Below, one piece after another: positions 9,662-20,084 of a DNA stretch of 64,000 nt (position 1 is its first letter; the number at the start of each line of letters is the position of its first letter). Where the stretch lies: positions 78,380 to 142,379 of the forward strand of contig CANMBE010000004.1 of the NCBI GenBank assembly GCA_947495975.1, read 5' to 3'. This stretch comes from Ignavibacteria bacterium (GTDB taxonomy: Bacteria; Bacteroidota; Ignavibacteria; Kapaibacteriales; Kapaibacteriaceae). Position numbers and translations under genes: made by a program. The notes under the pieces were generated by a model. The model had not been told where the DNA came from. It saw only the letters and a program-made list of their open reading frames with translations, and made no database searches.

Positions 9662-12600
9662 GATGTCAGATTTGGAGACAACCATCGCTCTGCTACTTCA
9701 ATGCTCCAACCTTTGCGCTTCGCGTAATCCACAACCTGGTCTGTACTGATTTTGTTGACCGCGAAGTACGACGATTGATGATGTGCAAAATACCATCCGC
9801 TTACACTTGAAGCAGGGTACATAGCATAGTTTTCTGTCAGTGATACACCAGTATGTACTTCCGCCTGAAGCATTGCAAACAGTGTAGGCTTCTCTGTGTG
9901 GTCCGGGCACGCGGGATACCCAGGAGCTGGGCGAATACCCTGATACGACTCATGCACAAGGTCGCTCGTTGTAAGCTCTTCGTTGGCTGCATAGCCCCAC
10001 AAATCCTTACGGACCTTTTGATGCAACCACTCTGCACATGCCTCAGCAAGTCTGTCTGCAATGGACTTTACCATAATCGAGGAATAGTCATCATTATCAG
10101 CCTCGTAAGCTCTACACAATTCGTCAACACCGATTCCTGCATTTACTACAAAGGCACCGATATGATCAGATACGCCATCAGGCAGCATGTCCTTCGTAGC
10201 AATGAAATCAGAAAGACATAGTTGAGGTAAACTGGGAGCCTTCACAGATTGCTGTCGAAGAAAATGCAGACGAGCGTGGTCCTTTACAACAACATCATCT
10301 CCATCGCGCATAGCTTCAAAGAGTCCGCAAACCGCACGTGCTGCAATGCTCTTTTTCTCTATGATCTCATCAAGAAGTGCATTGGCGTCTACAAACAACT
10401 TTGTGGCTTCAACCCCAAATGCAGCGTCTGAGAGTATTGCTGGGTAGCGTCCGCGCAATTCCCACGATAAAAAGAACGGCGTCCAGTCAATGAATTCTCG
10501 CAATTCCGTCAAGGCGATGTTTTCAAAGCTTGTTAATCCAAGCTTGTTTGGCGTGGTAGGAATGTGAAGTGGATCTAGAACCAGGCAGTTTTTGCGTGCG
10601 GCTTCGAGTGTGACGTAGTTCTTTGCGTCGCCACGCTTCGCATAATCAATGCGTACATGCTCATATTCGGCATGAATCTTTTCGATGAATGCCGGACGTT
10701 GGTCATCACTCAAAAATGAACCCACAACGGGCACGGCGCGCGAGGCATCCAACACATGTACCACGGGGAATGTTGCCGCAGGTGCGATCTTCACAGCTGT
10801 ATGTGTTCGTGATGTAGTAGCGCCTCCTATGAGGAGCGGCTTGTGAATTCCTCTTCGAACCATTTCTTTTGCAACATGAACCATCTCATCAAGCGACGGC
10901 GTTATTAGCCCAGACAGTCCAATAACATCAACATCCTCGCTCACTGCAGCGTCAAGAATTTTGTCTGCCGAGACCATTACTCCAAGGTCTACGATGCGAT
11001 AGTTATTGCAGGCCAGCACAACGCCAACAATGTTCTTACCAATGTCGTGCACGTCTCCCTTTACTGTAGCCATTAGCACAGTACCGGCATTCCTCTGTTC
11101 AACTCCCGTACGCCTCTTTTCTTCTTCCATGTACGGCGTAAGTATTGCAACGGCCTTCTTCATCACGCGGGCGCTCTTCACAACTTGAGGTAAGAACATT
11201 TTACCGGCACCAAAAAGATCGCCCACAACATTCATCCCCGCCATGAGCGGACCCTCGATGATGGAAAGGGGCGACGGAAGGGTTTGTCTTGCCTCTTCGA
11301 CGTCTACATCAATAAACTCGGTGATGCCTTTCACAAGTGCATGGCGAAGTCTAGACGTTACGTCGCCAGAGCGCCACTCTTCGTCTTTTACGGCTTCTTT
11401 GTCAGCACCTTTTACGGTTTCTGCGAAGGTCAAAAGACGCTCTGTTGCATCAGATCTACGATTCAATAGCACATCTTCTACGTGTTCGAGAAGATCCTTC
11501 GGGATTTCATCGTACACATCAATCTGACCGGCATTCACAATTCCCATATCCATGCCTGCTTGAATTGCATGGTATAAGAATGCTGTATGCATTGCACGGC
11601 GCACAGGCTCGTTTCCACGGAATGAGAACGAGATGTTACTCACTCCACCACTGATTTTTACATGTGGAAGGTGCCCCTTTATCCAATGTGTTGCGCGGAT
11701 GTAGTCCACTGCGTAATTGTTGTGCTCATCAATTCCAGTACCAACTGTTAGAATGTTGGGGTCGAAAATGATGTCTTGGGGCGGAAATCCCACAACAGTA
11801 GTAAGAATGCGATATGCTCGTTCGCAGATCTCAATTCGTCGCTCAAAATTATCGGCCTGACCCTCTTCATCAAAGGCCATGATGATGACTGCCGCGCCAT
11901 AGTCTCTACAAAGCTGCGCCTTGCGAATAAACTCTTCTTCTCCGTCTTTTAGAGATATGGAATTAACGATTCCCTTTCCCTGTATGCATTGTAGACCAGA
12001 TTCTAGAACCGACCATTTGGAAGAATCGATCATCACTGGCACACGAGAGATGTCGGGCTCTGCCGCAATGAGATTCAGAAAGGTGCGCATTGCCTTCTCA
12101 GAATCAAGAAGGCCTTCGTCCATATTCACGTCAATAATCTGCGCACCATTTTCAACTTGTTGCCTCGCAACATCAAGCGCTTTTTCATAATCATCGTCGA
12201 GGATAAGTTTCGCGAATGCTTTTGAACCAGTTACGTTGGTTCGTTCACCAACGTTTACAAAATTGGCTTCTGGCCGAAGCTCGAGAGCTTCGAGTCCACT
12301 TAGTCGCATGTAGAGGGGGCGCTGCGGTATCTGGCGCGGAGGCATGCCAGCAACTGCATCTGACATCGCACGGATGTGCTCTGGGGTAGTGCCGCAGCAA
12401 CCGCCAATAATGTTCAAGAAGCCAGATGTGGCATAGTCCCGAGCTTGCTCGGCCATGTAATCTGGCGTTTCATCATAGCCACCCATTGCATTGGGTAGGC
12501 CCGCATTGGGGTACAATGAAACAAATGCTGTAGCAACATTCGAGATCTCTTCGATGTATGGTCTCATCATCGACGAACCCAAGGCGCAGTTCAAGCCAAT

Positions 12601-13317
12601 GGATAGAAGATTCCGAGTATGTTGAACTGACGTCCAGAATGCTTCAGGCGTCTGACCCGAAAGAGTACGTCCGGACATATCCGTGATCGTACCACTGATC
12701 ATCACAGGAAGAGAAACCCCCTGCTCCACACATACGTCTGCATATGCCTTCAGCGCCGCCTTCACGTTCAACGTGTCGGTAACAGTTTCAAAGAGGAGCA
12801 GATCAACTCCTCCTTCTACAAGCCCAAGAATCTGTTCCTTGAATGAGTCGCGCATTTCATCAAATGAAACTGCACGAAAGCCTGGATCATTTACATCCGG
12901 AGACATCGACAACATCTTTGTTGTTGGTCCAATGGACCCAGCAACAAAGCGCGGTCTGTTGGGTGTGCGCCGTGTTACCTCATCAGCGGCTGATCGCGCA
13001 ATGCGTGCCCCTTCCCTACTGAGCTCGCGGGCAACGAATCCAAGATCGTATTCGGCTTGGCCTAACGTAGTGCCCGTAAAGGTGTTGGTCTCTATGATGT
13101 CTGCGCCTGCTTCCAGGTAGGCCACGTGAATAGAGCGAATGGCTTCTGGCTGTGTGAGAACCAGAAGATCATTGTTCCCCTTTAAGGATACGTTGTGATC
13201 TGAGAATCGAGATCCTCGATAATCTTCTTCGGTTAGGCGAAGACGCTGGATCATCGTGCCCATCGCACCATCCAGCATGAGAATCTTGTGCGCAAGCAGA
13301 GTACGAATGTCTGTCAT
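9658..13317 (-). CDS. metH: Cobalamin-dependent methionine synthase
   Basis: [30 protein letters not shown] cobalamin motif, [12 protein letters not shown]; 1219 aa. Confidence 0.97.
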   Translation of the reverse strand: MTDIRTLLAHKILMLDGAMGTMIQRLRLTEEDYRGSRFSDHNVSLKGNNDLLVLTQPEAIRSIHVAYLEAGADIIETNTFTGTTLGQAEYDLGFVARELSREGARIARSAADEVTRRTPNRPRFVAGSIGPTTKMLSMSPDVNDPGFRAVSFDEMRDSFKEQILGLVEGGVDLLLFETVTDTLNVKAALKAYADVCVEQGVSLPVMISGTITDMSGRTLSGQTPEAFWTSVQHTRNLLSIGLNCALGSSMMRPYIEEISNVATAFVSLYPNAGLPNAMGGYDETPDYMAEQARDYATSGFLNIIGGCCGTTPEHIRAMSDAVAGMPPRQIPQRPLYMRLSGLEALELRPEANFVNVGERTNVTGSKAFAKLILDDDYEKALDVARQQVENGAQIIDVNMDEGLLDSEKAMRTFLNLIAAEPDISRVPVMIDSSKWSVLESGLQCIQGKGIVNSISLKDGEEEFIRKAQLCRDYGAAVIIMAFDEEGQADNFERRIEICERAYRILTTVVGFPPQDIIFDPNILTVGTGIDEHNNYAVDYIRATHWIKGHLPHVKISGGVSNISFSFRGNEPVRRAMHTAFLYHAIQAGMDMGIVNAGQIDVYDEIPKDLLEHVEDVLLNRRSDATERLLTFAETVKGADKEAVKDEEWRSGDVTSRLRHALVKGITEFIDVDVEEARQTLPSPLSIIEGPLMAGMNVVGDLFGAGKMFLPQVVKSARVMKKAVAILTPYMEEEKRRTGVEQRNAGTVLMATVKGDVHDIGKNIVGVVLACNNYRIVDLGVMVSADKILDAAVSEDVDVIGLSGLITPSLDEMVHVAKEMVRRGIHKPLLIGGATTSRTHTAVKIAPAATFPVVHVLDASRAVPVVGSFLSDDQRPAFIEKIHAEYEHVRIDYAKRGDAKNYVTLEAARKNCLVLDPLHIPTTPNKLGLTSFENIALTELREFIDWTPFFLSWELRGRYPAILSDAAFGVEATKLFVDANALLDEIIEKKSIAARAVCGLFEAMRDGDDVVVKDHARLHFLRQQSVKAPSLPQLCLSDFIATKDMLPDGVSDHIGAFVVNAGIGVDELCRAYEADNDDYSSIMVKSIADRLAEACAEWLHQKVRKDLWGYAANEELTTSDLVHESYQGIRPAPGYPACPDHTEKPTLFAMLQAEVHTGVSLTENYAMYPASSVSGWYFAHHQSSYFAVNKISTDQVVDYAKRKGWSIEVAERWLSPNLTS

Positions 13318-13322
13318 TAGGG

Positions 13323-13330
13323 CAAAGGTA
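13323..13330 (-). promoter_or_regulatory. Bacteroidota-type -7 promoter element (TAccTTTG), 5 nt before the metH ATG
   Basis: Exact TAnnTTTG match in the 21-bp trmO-metH gap. Confidence 0.6.
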
Positions 13331-13338
13331 AGGAGTAC

Positions 13339-14004
13339 TCAGAGTATCGTAACAGTGTGGCCGTCGATGACGAACGACAAGCGGTATTCGCGTACAGCTA
13401 ATATGAAGGTACCGTTCGGTGCAACTTCAATGCGGCGGTATGGATGTGGCATAGGGTCAGTGGACAGAATTCGTTCTGCGTGATCCCGCACATCCTGCGG
13501 AATCTCCCTGCTTGGATTGCTCCAGCAAATGGTATATGCCGGCTGTGTTGGCAGCTCATCCAGCCAACGAACGTTGCTCTCGGGAAACGCATCAGCGTAT
13601 GCCACGTATGGCTTGATGTCCAGCACTGGAGTACCGTGGAGCAGGTCCGTGCCAAGAACGTCTATCCGCCGCCCATGTACGCGCACAACTTCAACACACG
13701 TAAGTCCAATCGCATTTGGACGGTGCGGGGAGCGCGTTGCAAAAAGTCCCCGTTTTGTTCTATCGCGTGGAGTGAGGACAAGGGGCTTCCATCCCTGAGC
13801 GCGATCAAAAAAAGTAACGAGCCAAATTCGTTGGCATCCATCAACGTCTCGCAGTGCCTGCTCATAGTTGCAAGAAGGATACAGCTCAACACAAGCGTTA
13901 TCAATGCGCGAGTCTACCCGTGGCTGCCGAGGTGCATCGTATTTGTTAACGTATTGAGTGTGAACGATGCCAATGGGAGTAAAGGAAATCGGCTGGGCTA
14001 CCAC
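13339..14004 (-). CDS. trmO: tRNA t6A37 N6-methyltransferase (TrmO/YaeB)
   Basis: PIGIVHT, PRQP, GLFATRSPHRPNAIGL, DLLHGTPVLDIKPY. Confidence 0.92.
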   Translation of the reverse strand: MVAQPISFTPIGIVHTQYVNKYDAPRQPRVDSRIDNACVELYPSCNYEQALRDVDGCQRIWLVTFFDRAQGWKPLVLTPRDRTKRGLFATRSPHRPNAIGLTCVEVVRVHGRRIDVLGTDLLHGTPVLDIKPYVAYADAFPESNVRWLDELPTQPAYTICWSNPSREIPQDVRDHAERILSTDPMPHPYRRIEVAPNGTFILAVREYRLSFVIDGHTVTIL

Positions 14005-14729
14005 GCGGAGCCAACCGAAAGCGAGAGGAAGACTCCGCCAAAGTTTGATATCGGCAGTGCTGCAAGACTCTCGAGACCTGGATCGCCAAAAGGTATCGTG
14101 TAGTAACGAATGTTAACGCCTATGAAGCTTCCTTTTCCAAGCGAACCAAAGGATGCACCAATACCAAACATTCCACCCATGCGAAAGTGCCAGGTACCAT
14201 GCCCAAACGACTCAAAAAACTCATAGAACCTACCTTGCTGCAGGTACGGCGTTTGTAGGATCGGAGTACCGGTAACCCCCGCAATCACAAACGGCCGAAA
14301 GGTCTCTTGAAGGGTAGCGCTAAAGAGTCGGTACTGCGCGCCAACAGTCACAGGAAACATAAAAAGTCGGTTTAGCTTATTGGCCACTATTGGAATGTAT
14401 CCATTATACCACACGCTTTCTACTTCATCAGCATTGCGCCGAGGTGTGATTGCGGCATGGCCGAATAGTGAGAATGTTTCAGAGAGTTTCTGAAGATAGA
14501 AGCCGCCCACGCCCCAACCACTGCCTGAGAATAAGAGATCTAGGCCTGCGGCTCTGTCAGCAACGGAGTTCGATGCGATCTCTTCCAATAAAGGCCGAGC
14601 TGGAGTGAAGATCATCGTTGAGTCTGTTGGTAAGGGCACTTCACCAGTGATCTGCCCATAAGCCGTCCCAGGGCTAAGAGCCCACAACAGCACGAGGCAC
14701 AACGCAGAGATGGTGATTGTAATTCTCAT
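13998..14729 (-). CDS. Putative outer-membrane beta-barrel protein (start probably ATG 14729)
   Basis: Signal peptide, amphipathic Gly/aromatic strands (PVTVGAQYRL, RPFVIAG), C-terminal W. Confidence 0.7.
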   Translation of the reverse strand: MRITITISALCLVLLWALSPGTAYGQITGEVPLPTDSTMIFTPARPLLEEIASNSVADRAAGLDLLFSGSGWGVGGFYLQKLSETFSLFGHAAITPRRNADEVESVWYNGYIPIVANKLNRLFMFPVTVGAQYRLFSATLQETFRPFVIAGVTGTPILQTPYLQQGRFYEFFESFGHGTWHFRMGGMFGIGASFGSLGKGSFIGVNIRYYTIPFGDPGLESLAALPISNFGGVFLSLSVGSAW

Positions 14730-14755
14730 AAGCAAGGAAGGTCGTTCCAGAGTAT

Positions 14756-14763
14756 CAAAGTTA
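14756..14763 (-). promoter_or_regulatory. -7 promoter element (TAacTTTG)
   Basis: Exact TAnnTTTG match 26 nt upstream of ATG 14729. Confidence 0.55.
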
Positions 14764-14824
14764 CACATCGAAGTTCGTGTGGATAACATTGGTAATCCGT
14801 TCAGGTTGCGTACTTTAGCCCTCT

Positions 14825-15703
14825 ATGCTCGTTCGTGAATTCCAGCGATTAGTTGATGCTGTCTTACCGCCAAAGGCAGCAATGTATGGAGATGCAATTG
14901 GGCTCCAGATAGCATCGAAGCATTCCACAGTAGCTCGCGTGTTGGTTTGCCTTGATGTAACCGAAGAGGTTGTACGTGAGGCAATTGATACAACATGCGA
15001 CACCATTTTAACGTTTCACCCGCTTATTTTTAGTCCTTTAGATCGACTTGATAGGTCAGATCGTGTATCACGATGCGTTAGCGACTGCATTGCTGCAGAC
15101 ATTTCCGTGATCAGCGTTCATACGTCATACGACGCCCTGCCACAAGGTACGAATCACATTCTTGCAACGAAACTAGGGCTTAGCCCTCTAACACCACTTG
15201 TGCCTAATGATGGCATTGCGGGCGGTATGGGGCTTCTTGCATCGTGTGCATTTACCTATAGTGAACTCTTAGAGCGTGTCTCTGACGTCTGCGGCGGTCC
15301 GGTCCGTCATTGCCCCTCGGAAAAAGCCGACGTTCGGTGGGTAGCCATTGTTGCTGGAAGTGGAATGCCCTTCTTCAATGACGCTGTCCGCCTGGAAGCC
15401 GATGTGTTCATAACCGCCGATGTAAAATATCATGCATTTCATGCAGCGCGTGGGGTGATTGGCCTCATGGACCCCGGTCATTTTGAAATGGAACAGTTCG
15501 TTCCAATCGGTTTGATCGAGCTGCTAAGCCCCACGATGCCATCCGTGTTGTTTGTGGAGAGTACGGTGATGACAAATCCTGTACAGTATTCCACTTCCCA
15601 AATGCAAAAAACAAAAACATTTTCTTCTTATCCGCAGGGATCTCATGGAACAGCAGATCAATCTCTTGGCACAACTAACGGTCGTGGACGGGCAGTTAGA
15701 TGA
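14825..15703 (+). CDS. Nif3/YbgI-like dinuclear metal centre protein
   Basis: DAIGLQI, CLDVT, HPLIF, HTSYD, FITADVKYH, DPGHFEME. Confidence 0.9.
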   Translation: MLVREFQRLVDAVLPPKAAMYGDAIGLQIASKHSTVARVLVCLDVTEEVVREAIDTTCDTILTFHPLIFSPLDRLDRSDRVSRCVSDCIAADISVISVHTSYDALPQGTNHILATKLGLSPLTPLVPNDGIAGGMGLLASCAFTYSELLERVSDVCGGPVRHCPSEKADVRWVAIVAGSGMPFFNDAVRLEADVFITADVKYHAFHAARGVIGLMDPGHFEMEQFVPIGLIELLSPTMPSVLFVESTVMTNPVQYSTSQMQKTKTFSSYPQGSHGTADQSLGTTNGRGRAVR

Positions 15704-16385
15704 ACTGCACTACGAATTAGGCGACCTACCACAAGTGGTGAAAAAGCTCGAAGCAATTATGCGAGAGAAACTCGCCGTTGCAGAGGTAACGCAGAAGTTA
15801 CTACACGATCTTGATCACATGCGCGGAACTGCGCATGTTACAAGCCAAGAAAGTGTTGACAGAGAGCAGAAGCTTTCGCAACAGCAGTTTCAGGTAAAGA
15901 ACAACCGCGAGTTTGACGCGATCACGAAGGAGATCGAGCACCTCAAAATTGAGCGCGCAGAACTTGAAGAGCGTGTGCGCACTTCCGGTGTGCGAGACGA
16001 AAATCTTAGGGCTACGCTTGCTGTTCAAGAGCAAGAGCTAACTGAGGCACGTTCTCAGCTGGCAGAGAAGGAAAAGGAGCTCCAAGAACTCTCGGGTGAT
16101 CAAAACGAGGAACTTCGCAAGTTCACTGGTATTCGTTTACGACTGAGCTCGCATATTAATGACACAATTGAGACTGAGTATGAGCGCATTCGTACATTTC
16201 ATCCGAACGCTGCTGTTCCTCTTCGCAAAAACTCATGCAGTGGTTGTTACTCAGCTATCCCGTCGCAGCGAATCATGGAAATGAAATACCGTCGCGACAA
16301 AATGTACACGTGTGAAAATTGTGGCCGTATCCTCTTTACAGAAGATGTTTCCATTGATTTAGAAAAGATTCTCGCAGAGGCTTAA
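15645..16385 (+). CDS. Coiled-coil plus C4 zinc-ribbon protein (DUF164/CT398-like)
   Basis: Long coiled coil, VKNNREFDA, CSGC...CENCGRIL. Confidence 0.9.
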   Translation: MEQQINLLAQLTVVDGQLDELHYELGDLPQVVKKLEAIMREKLAVAEVTQKLLHDLDHMRGTAHVTSQESVDREQKLSQQQFQVKNNREFDAITKEIEHLKIERAELEERVRTSGVRDENLRATLAVQEQELTEARSQLAEKEKELQELSGDQNEELRKFTGIRLRLSSHINDTIETEYERIRTFHPNAAVPLRKNSCSGCYSAIPSQRIMEMKYRRDKMYTCENCGRILFTEDVSIDLEKILAEA

Positions 16386-16400
16386 AGTAGATCGATCACC

Positions 16401-16832
16401 GGGGGACTCCGGGCGATTGCCTCGAACACGCCCGGCGTGACGAGGAGGAAAGTCCGAACTCCATAGAACAGCACGCTTCTTAACTGGAAGGTGTTAAGCC
16501 CCTTCCCTTCACTGGGTAAGGGGCGAGGCAACGGAAAGTGCAACAGAAAGAAACCGCCGATGGCTGTACTTCGGTGCAGCACAGGTAAGGGTGAAATGGC
16601 AGGGTAAGAGCCTACCAGCGGCTGGGTGACCAGCCGGCTCGGCAAACCCCGTGCGGAGCAAGATCAAGCAGAGATGGAGGCGCTTCGGCGCTGGATGGTT
16701 GTTCGCCCCTTCCGCTTCGGCGGTGCCATCTCGGGTAGATCGCTTGAGACCCTTGGCAACAGAGGTCCTAGAGAAATGATCGCCTCCTTCGGTTCGCCGG
16801 AGAAGACAGAATTCGGCTTATAGGAGTCTCCC
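16401..16832 (+). ncRNA. rnpB: RNase P RNA, type A
   Basis: gaggaaagtccg, ggaaagtgcaacag, aagggtgaaa...ggtaagagc, ggcaaacccc...gagcaag and acagaattcggcttat consensus segments; P1 gggggactcc/ggagtctccc. Confidence 0.97.
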
Positions 16833-17045
16833 AGTGACCGATCATACTCAGCCTGTCTATCAGATTCCTATCATCGGGTCTAGAGGACCGGATCTGGCAG
16901 GAAAAGATCTCAGCTCTAGAATTTGGCTTTCGCTACCTTTCAGGCGTTGGGCAACAAATCATGGAAGATGCTAACCAAGGCAACTGGGACCTGGCTAGAT
17001 AATCATCGTCTCAACCGAATCATTGACGAGAGAAATGAACCACCT

Positions 17046-17537
17046 ATGACTACACATCGAATAATTGGCCTGCTCGTATTCATTACAGTTGCCTTAGCAC
17101 CAGGGTTTGCGCAGCAGCGCATTGCGGTGCTGCCGTTTCGCAACATGGATCACGACATCAAATACAATGTGTGGTCTATTGAAATGGCTGATTCGCTCCA
17201 TAAAGCATTATTGGCCACGCCGGGGCACGGTGTAGACTTTGTGCTCGTGCCTTCCGATAGCATTGAACTCGCCATCGCAGAATTAAATCTCGATCCAATG
17301 AATCCACAGTATGAATCGGACATTTGGAAGGCAATTCGTTTGCTCAATGTCACAAAGGCTGTGCAAGGTAATTTTCAGTTGCGTGACGAACGCGTCCTCA
17401 TCAACTGCTACGTATATGACATGAGCACGATGTTGTCAGACAACGCTAATCAAGCCAAGGATCTGTTTAAATCGAAAACAACGTATTTAGAAACCATCCG
17501 GCCTATCGTAAAGCGCATCTATCCAGGCCTTAAATAA
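17046..17537 (+). CDS. Exported protein with TolB-N/CsgG/FlgO-like alpha/beta domain (start probably ATG 17046)
   Basis: Signal peptide followed by RIAVLPFRN...AVQGNF pattern. Confidence 0.65.
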   Translation: MTTHRIIGLLVFITVALAPGFAQQRIAVLPFRNMDHDIKYNVWSIEMADSLHKALLATPGHGVDFVLVPSDSIELAIAELNLDPMNPQYESDIWKAIRLLNVTKAVQGNFQLRDERVLINCYVYDMSTMLSDNANQAKDLFKSKTTYLETIRPIVKRIYPGLK

Positions 17538-17542
17538 TTGCA

Positions 17543-18427
17543 ATGAGCATACAAATTGAATTACCTGTAATCCAACCATCAGAATCCATGAGTGGGCGTA
17601 GACCTGAATGGCTGAAGGTTCGGGCCCCTGGCGGCGAAGAATATGCGCGCATTAAGAGCATGATGCGCTCCAAGGCACTGCATACAGTGTGCGAAGAAGC
17701 GCGTTGTCCAAACGTAACTGAGTGCTGGAATGCGGGTACCGCAACATTCATGATACATGGCGACACGTGTACGCGATCATGTGGTTTTTGTGCAGTGAAA
17801 ACAGGTCGCCCCCTTCCAGTAGATTTTGACGAGCCACGCCGCGTTGCCGAGGCTATTGCCGCAATGCAATTGAAGCACGCCGTCATCACATCTGTCAACC
17901 GAGATGAGCTAAAGGATGGTGGATCTGAGATCTGGGCTGAAACTATTCGCGCCACACGTGCGCTTTCGCCTGCTACAACAATAGAAGTGTTGGTGCCAGA
18001 CTTTAAGGGCAACATGGACAACCTACAACGCATCATTGACGAACGCCCAGACATCCTCAATCATAATACTGAAACTGTACCACGGCTTTACAAACATGTT
18101 CGGCCACAAGGTAGGATTCACTGGACGTTGGATGTGCTGAGAGAGGCAAAACGTCAGGGAATGCGCACAAAGACCGGTGTAATGCTCGGACTTGGTGAGA
18201 CACCCGCGGAGGTTCTCGATATCATGCGAGAACTTCGTGGTGTTGAGGTGGACGTTCTCACACTAGGCCAATATTTACAGCCTACAAAGAATCACCTGCC
18301 TGTGGACAGATATGTTCACCCAGATGAATTCAAGCACTATGAGACAGTTGGACTCGAGATGGGTTTTGCCATTGTTGAGTCTGGTCCACTCGTTCGAAGC
18401 TCGTATCACGCTGAACGTCACGTATGA
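17543..18427 (+). CDS. lipA: Lipoyl synthase
   Basis: CEEARCPNVTEC, CTRSCGFC, RSSYHA. Confidence 0.97.
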   Translation: MSIQIELPVIQPSESMSGRRPEWLKVRAPGGEEYARIKSMMRSKALHTVCEEARCPNVTECWNAGTATFMIHGDTCTRSCGFCAVKTGRPLPVDFDEPRRVAEAIAAMQLKHAVITSVNRDELKDGGSEIWAETIRATRALSPATTIEVLVPDFKGNMDNLQRIIDERPDILNHNTETVPRLYKHVRPQGRIHWTLDVLREAKRQGMRTKTGVMLGLGETPAEVLDIMRELRGVEVDVLTLGQYLQPTKNHLPVDRYVHPDEFKHYETVGLEMGFAIVESGPLVRSSYHAERHV

Positions 18428-19194
18428 TGCGGTATACGGTTCTTGGCAGCGGTACGTCCACCGGCGTACCATCCGTAGCATGCGAATGTTCGGTTTGCAC
18501 AAGCATAGATCCTAAGGACAAACGTCAGCGAACGTCTCTCTTGGTTCAGTCAGAATCAACAACAATCGTCATCGATACATCGTCGGATTTTCGGCAACAA
18601 ATGCTGACGAACAATGTGCTCCAGATAGACGCGGTAGTTTTTACCCATCATCATTTTGATCACATAGGTGGTTTTGATGACGTGCGACCCTATAATTTTC
18701 GAAGTGGGAGCCCCTTACCAGTATTCGCGTTGCAGGAAACTGTTGACGTTTTGCATTCCACATTTCCGTATGCATTTGGACTTGTGGAGTCAACCGGCGC
18801 GTCTACTCCCAACATCAACATTCACATCGTAGATGATGCCCCATTTACAATTGGCGATATCGAGATCATCCCAATACCAATGCGCCATGGCAAATCAATG
18901 CGCGTAAACGGGTATAGAATAGGTCAGCTTGCCTACTGCACCGACACCAACTATATACCCACGGCATCTTGCGACCTGTTACAAGGGCTCGATACACTTA
19001 TACTTGATGGTTTGCGATGGGAAGAGCACCCCACGCACTTCACCGTTGGCCAAGCTTTACAGGCAATTGACATCATCAAGCCACGCTGCGCATATCTCAC
19101 TCACATCGCACATCAAATTTCGCACCAACGCGATTCAGCAAAGCTGCCGAGCAACGTTCAGTTTGCGTTTGATGGTTTAACGATCACCCTGTAG
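18424..19194 (+). CDS. MBL-fold metallohydrolase, PhnP-like
   Basis: LGSGTSTGVP, CECSVC, THHHFDHIGG, THIAH. Confidence 0.9.
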   Translation: MMRYTVLGSGTSTGVPSVACECSVCTSIDPKDKRQRTSLLVQSESTTIVIDTSSDFRQQMLTNNVLQIDAVVFTHHHFDHIGGFDDVRPYNFRSGSPLPVFALQETVDVLHSTFPYAFGLVESTGASTPNINIHIVDDAPFTIGDIEIIPIPMRHGKSMRVNGYRIGQLAYCTDTNYIPTASCDLLQGLDTLILDGLRWEEHPTHFTVGQALQAIDIIKPRCAYLTHIAHQISHQRDSAKLPSNVQFAFDGLTITL

Positions 19195-19196
19195 CC

Positions 19197-20084
19197 TCAA
19201 GGGCTTACGGGGTTGTCCATGTCTTCCATTGCATCATGCCAATACGCCCCTGAGGTGGCCTCGCTTGTTTCCTCTTCAATCGTAACGGCGGAGTCGCCCC
19301 CTTCTAGCAACAAAGCCAGCTGCTTTCTCAGGGTCTTGTGATCTGTCCGTATTGATGTTGACTCATCAAGATCAATCATTGTGGTCGTGGTCTTGAGCAA
19401 ATCGTCAATTTCCCTGAGCTTTGGTAGATCTGACAAGGAGTTTAGTCCGAAAATTCGGAGGAACTCTTCTGTTGTACCATAGAGAAGGGGCTTACCCAAA
19501 GATTCGGATCGTCCAACCATAGCAACAAGCTGCTTTTCTACGAGGGAATTCACAACCTCACCAGCATTCACCCCTCGTATAGCGTCAACTTCTGCCTTTG
19601 TAATTGGCTGACGATATGCAACGATGGCGATGGTTTCTAAGGCTGCTTGTGTCAGGCGCTTGCGATTCTTGGCTTTTAACAGCCTCTGCACAAGATGTCC
19701 GTGTTGCGGTGTTGTTGCAAACTGAAAACCGCCTGCAATTTTCACAATGCGAAACGGACGAGCAGTTCGTTCAAGGTCTTCATTAATCTCCTCCACAAGC
19801 TCATCGAAGTATCCGCTTGGCACATCAAATGTAGGTGCAACAACTTCAGGCACGGGCTGAGGTTGTTCACCATCGAGTGGCATTGGTTGCTGACCCGGAA
19901 TCTGTTGCGATGGATCTTCGAGAACAAGCACTCGTTGCAGCATGCGATTGGTAAGGGGCTCTTCGCACGCAAAGATCAATGCTTCGAGAGCCTTGATTTG
20001 TTCCGCACGATCGAGCGTAAAGAAGTACGGGAGCTCTCGCGTCTGGACAGCTCGTTGAAATTCTTCATGTTCCATTTCTGTCAT
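19197..20084 (-). CDS. scpB: SMC-Scp complex subunit ScpB
   Basis: LEALIFA, LTQAALETIAIVAYRQPIT, LYGTTEEFLRIFGL. Confidence 0.95.
   Translation of the reverse strand: MTEMEHEEFQRAVQTRELPYFFTLDRAEQIKALEALIFACEEPLTNRMLQRVLVLEDPSQQIPGQQPMPLDGEQPQPVPEVVAPTFDVPSGYFDELVEEINEDLERTARPFRIVKIAGGFQFATTPQHGHLVQRLLKAKNRKRLTQAALETIAIVAYRQPITKAEVDAIRGVNAGEVVNSLVEKQLVAMVGRSESLGKPLLYGTTEEFLRIFGLNSLSDLPKLREIDDLLKTTTTMIDLDESTSIRTDHKTLRKQLALLLEGGDSAVTIEEETSEATSGAYWHDAMEDMDNPVSP

Noticed and set aside
16382..16823. ORFs 16382-16645 (-) and 16626-16823 (+)
   Set aside because: They lie within the RNase P RNA
16845..16912. Imperfect hairpin downstream of rnpB as a separate sRNA
   Set aside because: Weak interrupted pairing, no recognisable family and no U-tract
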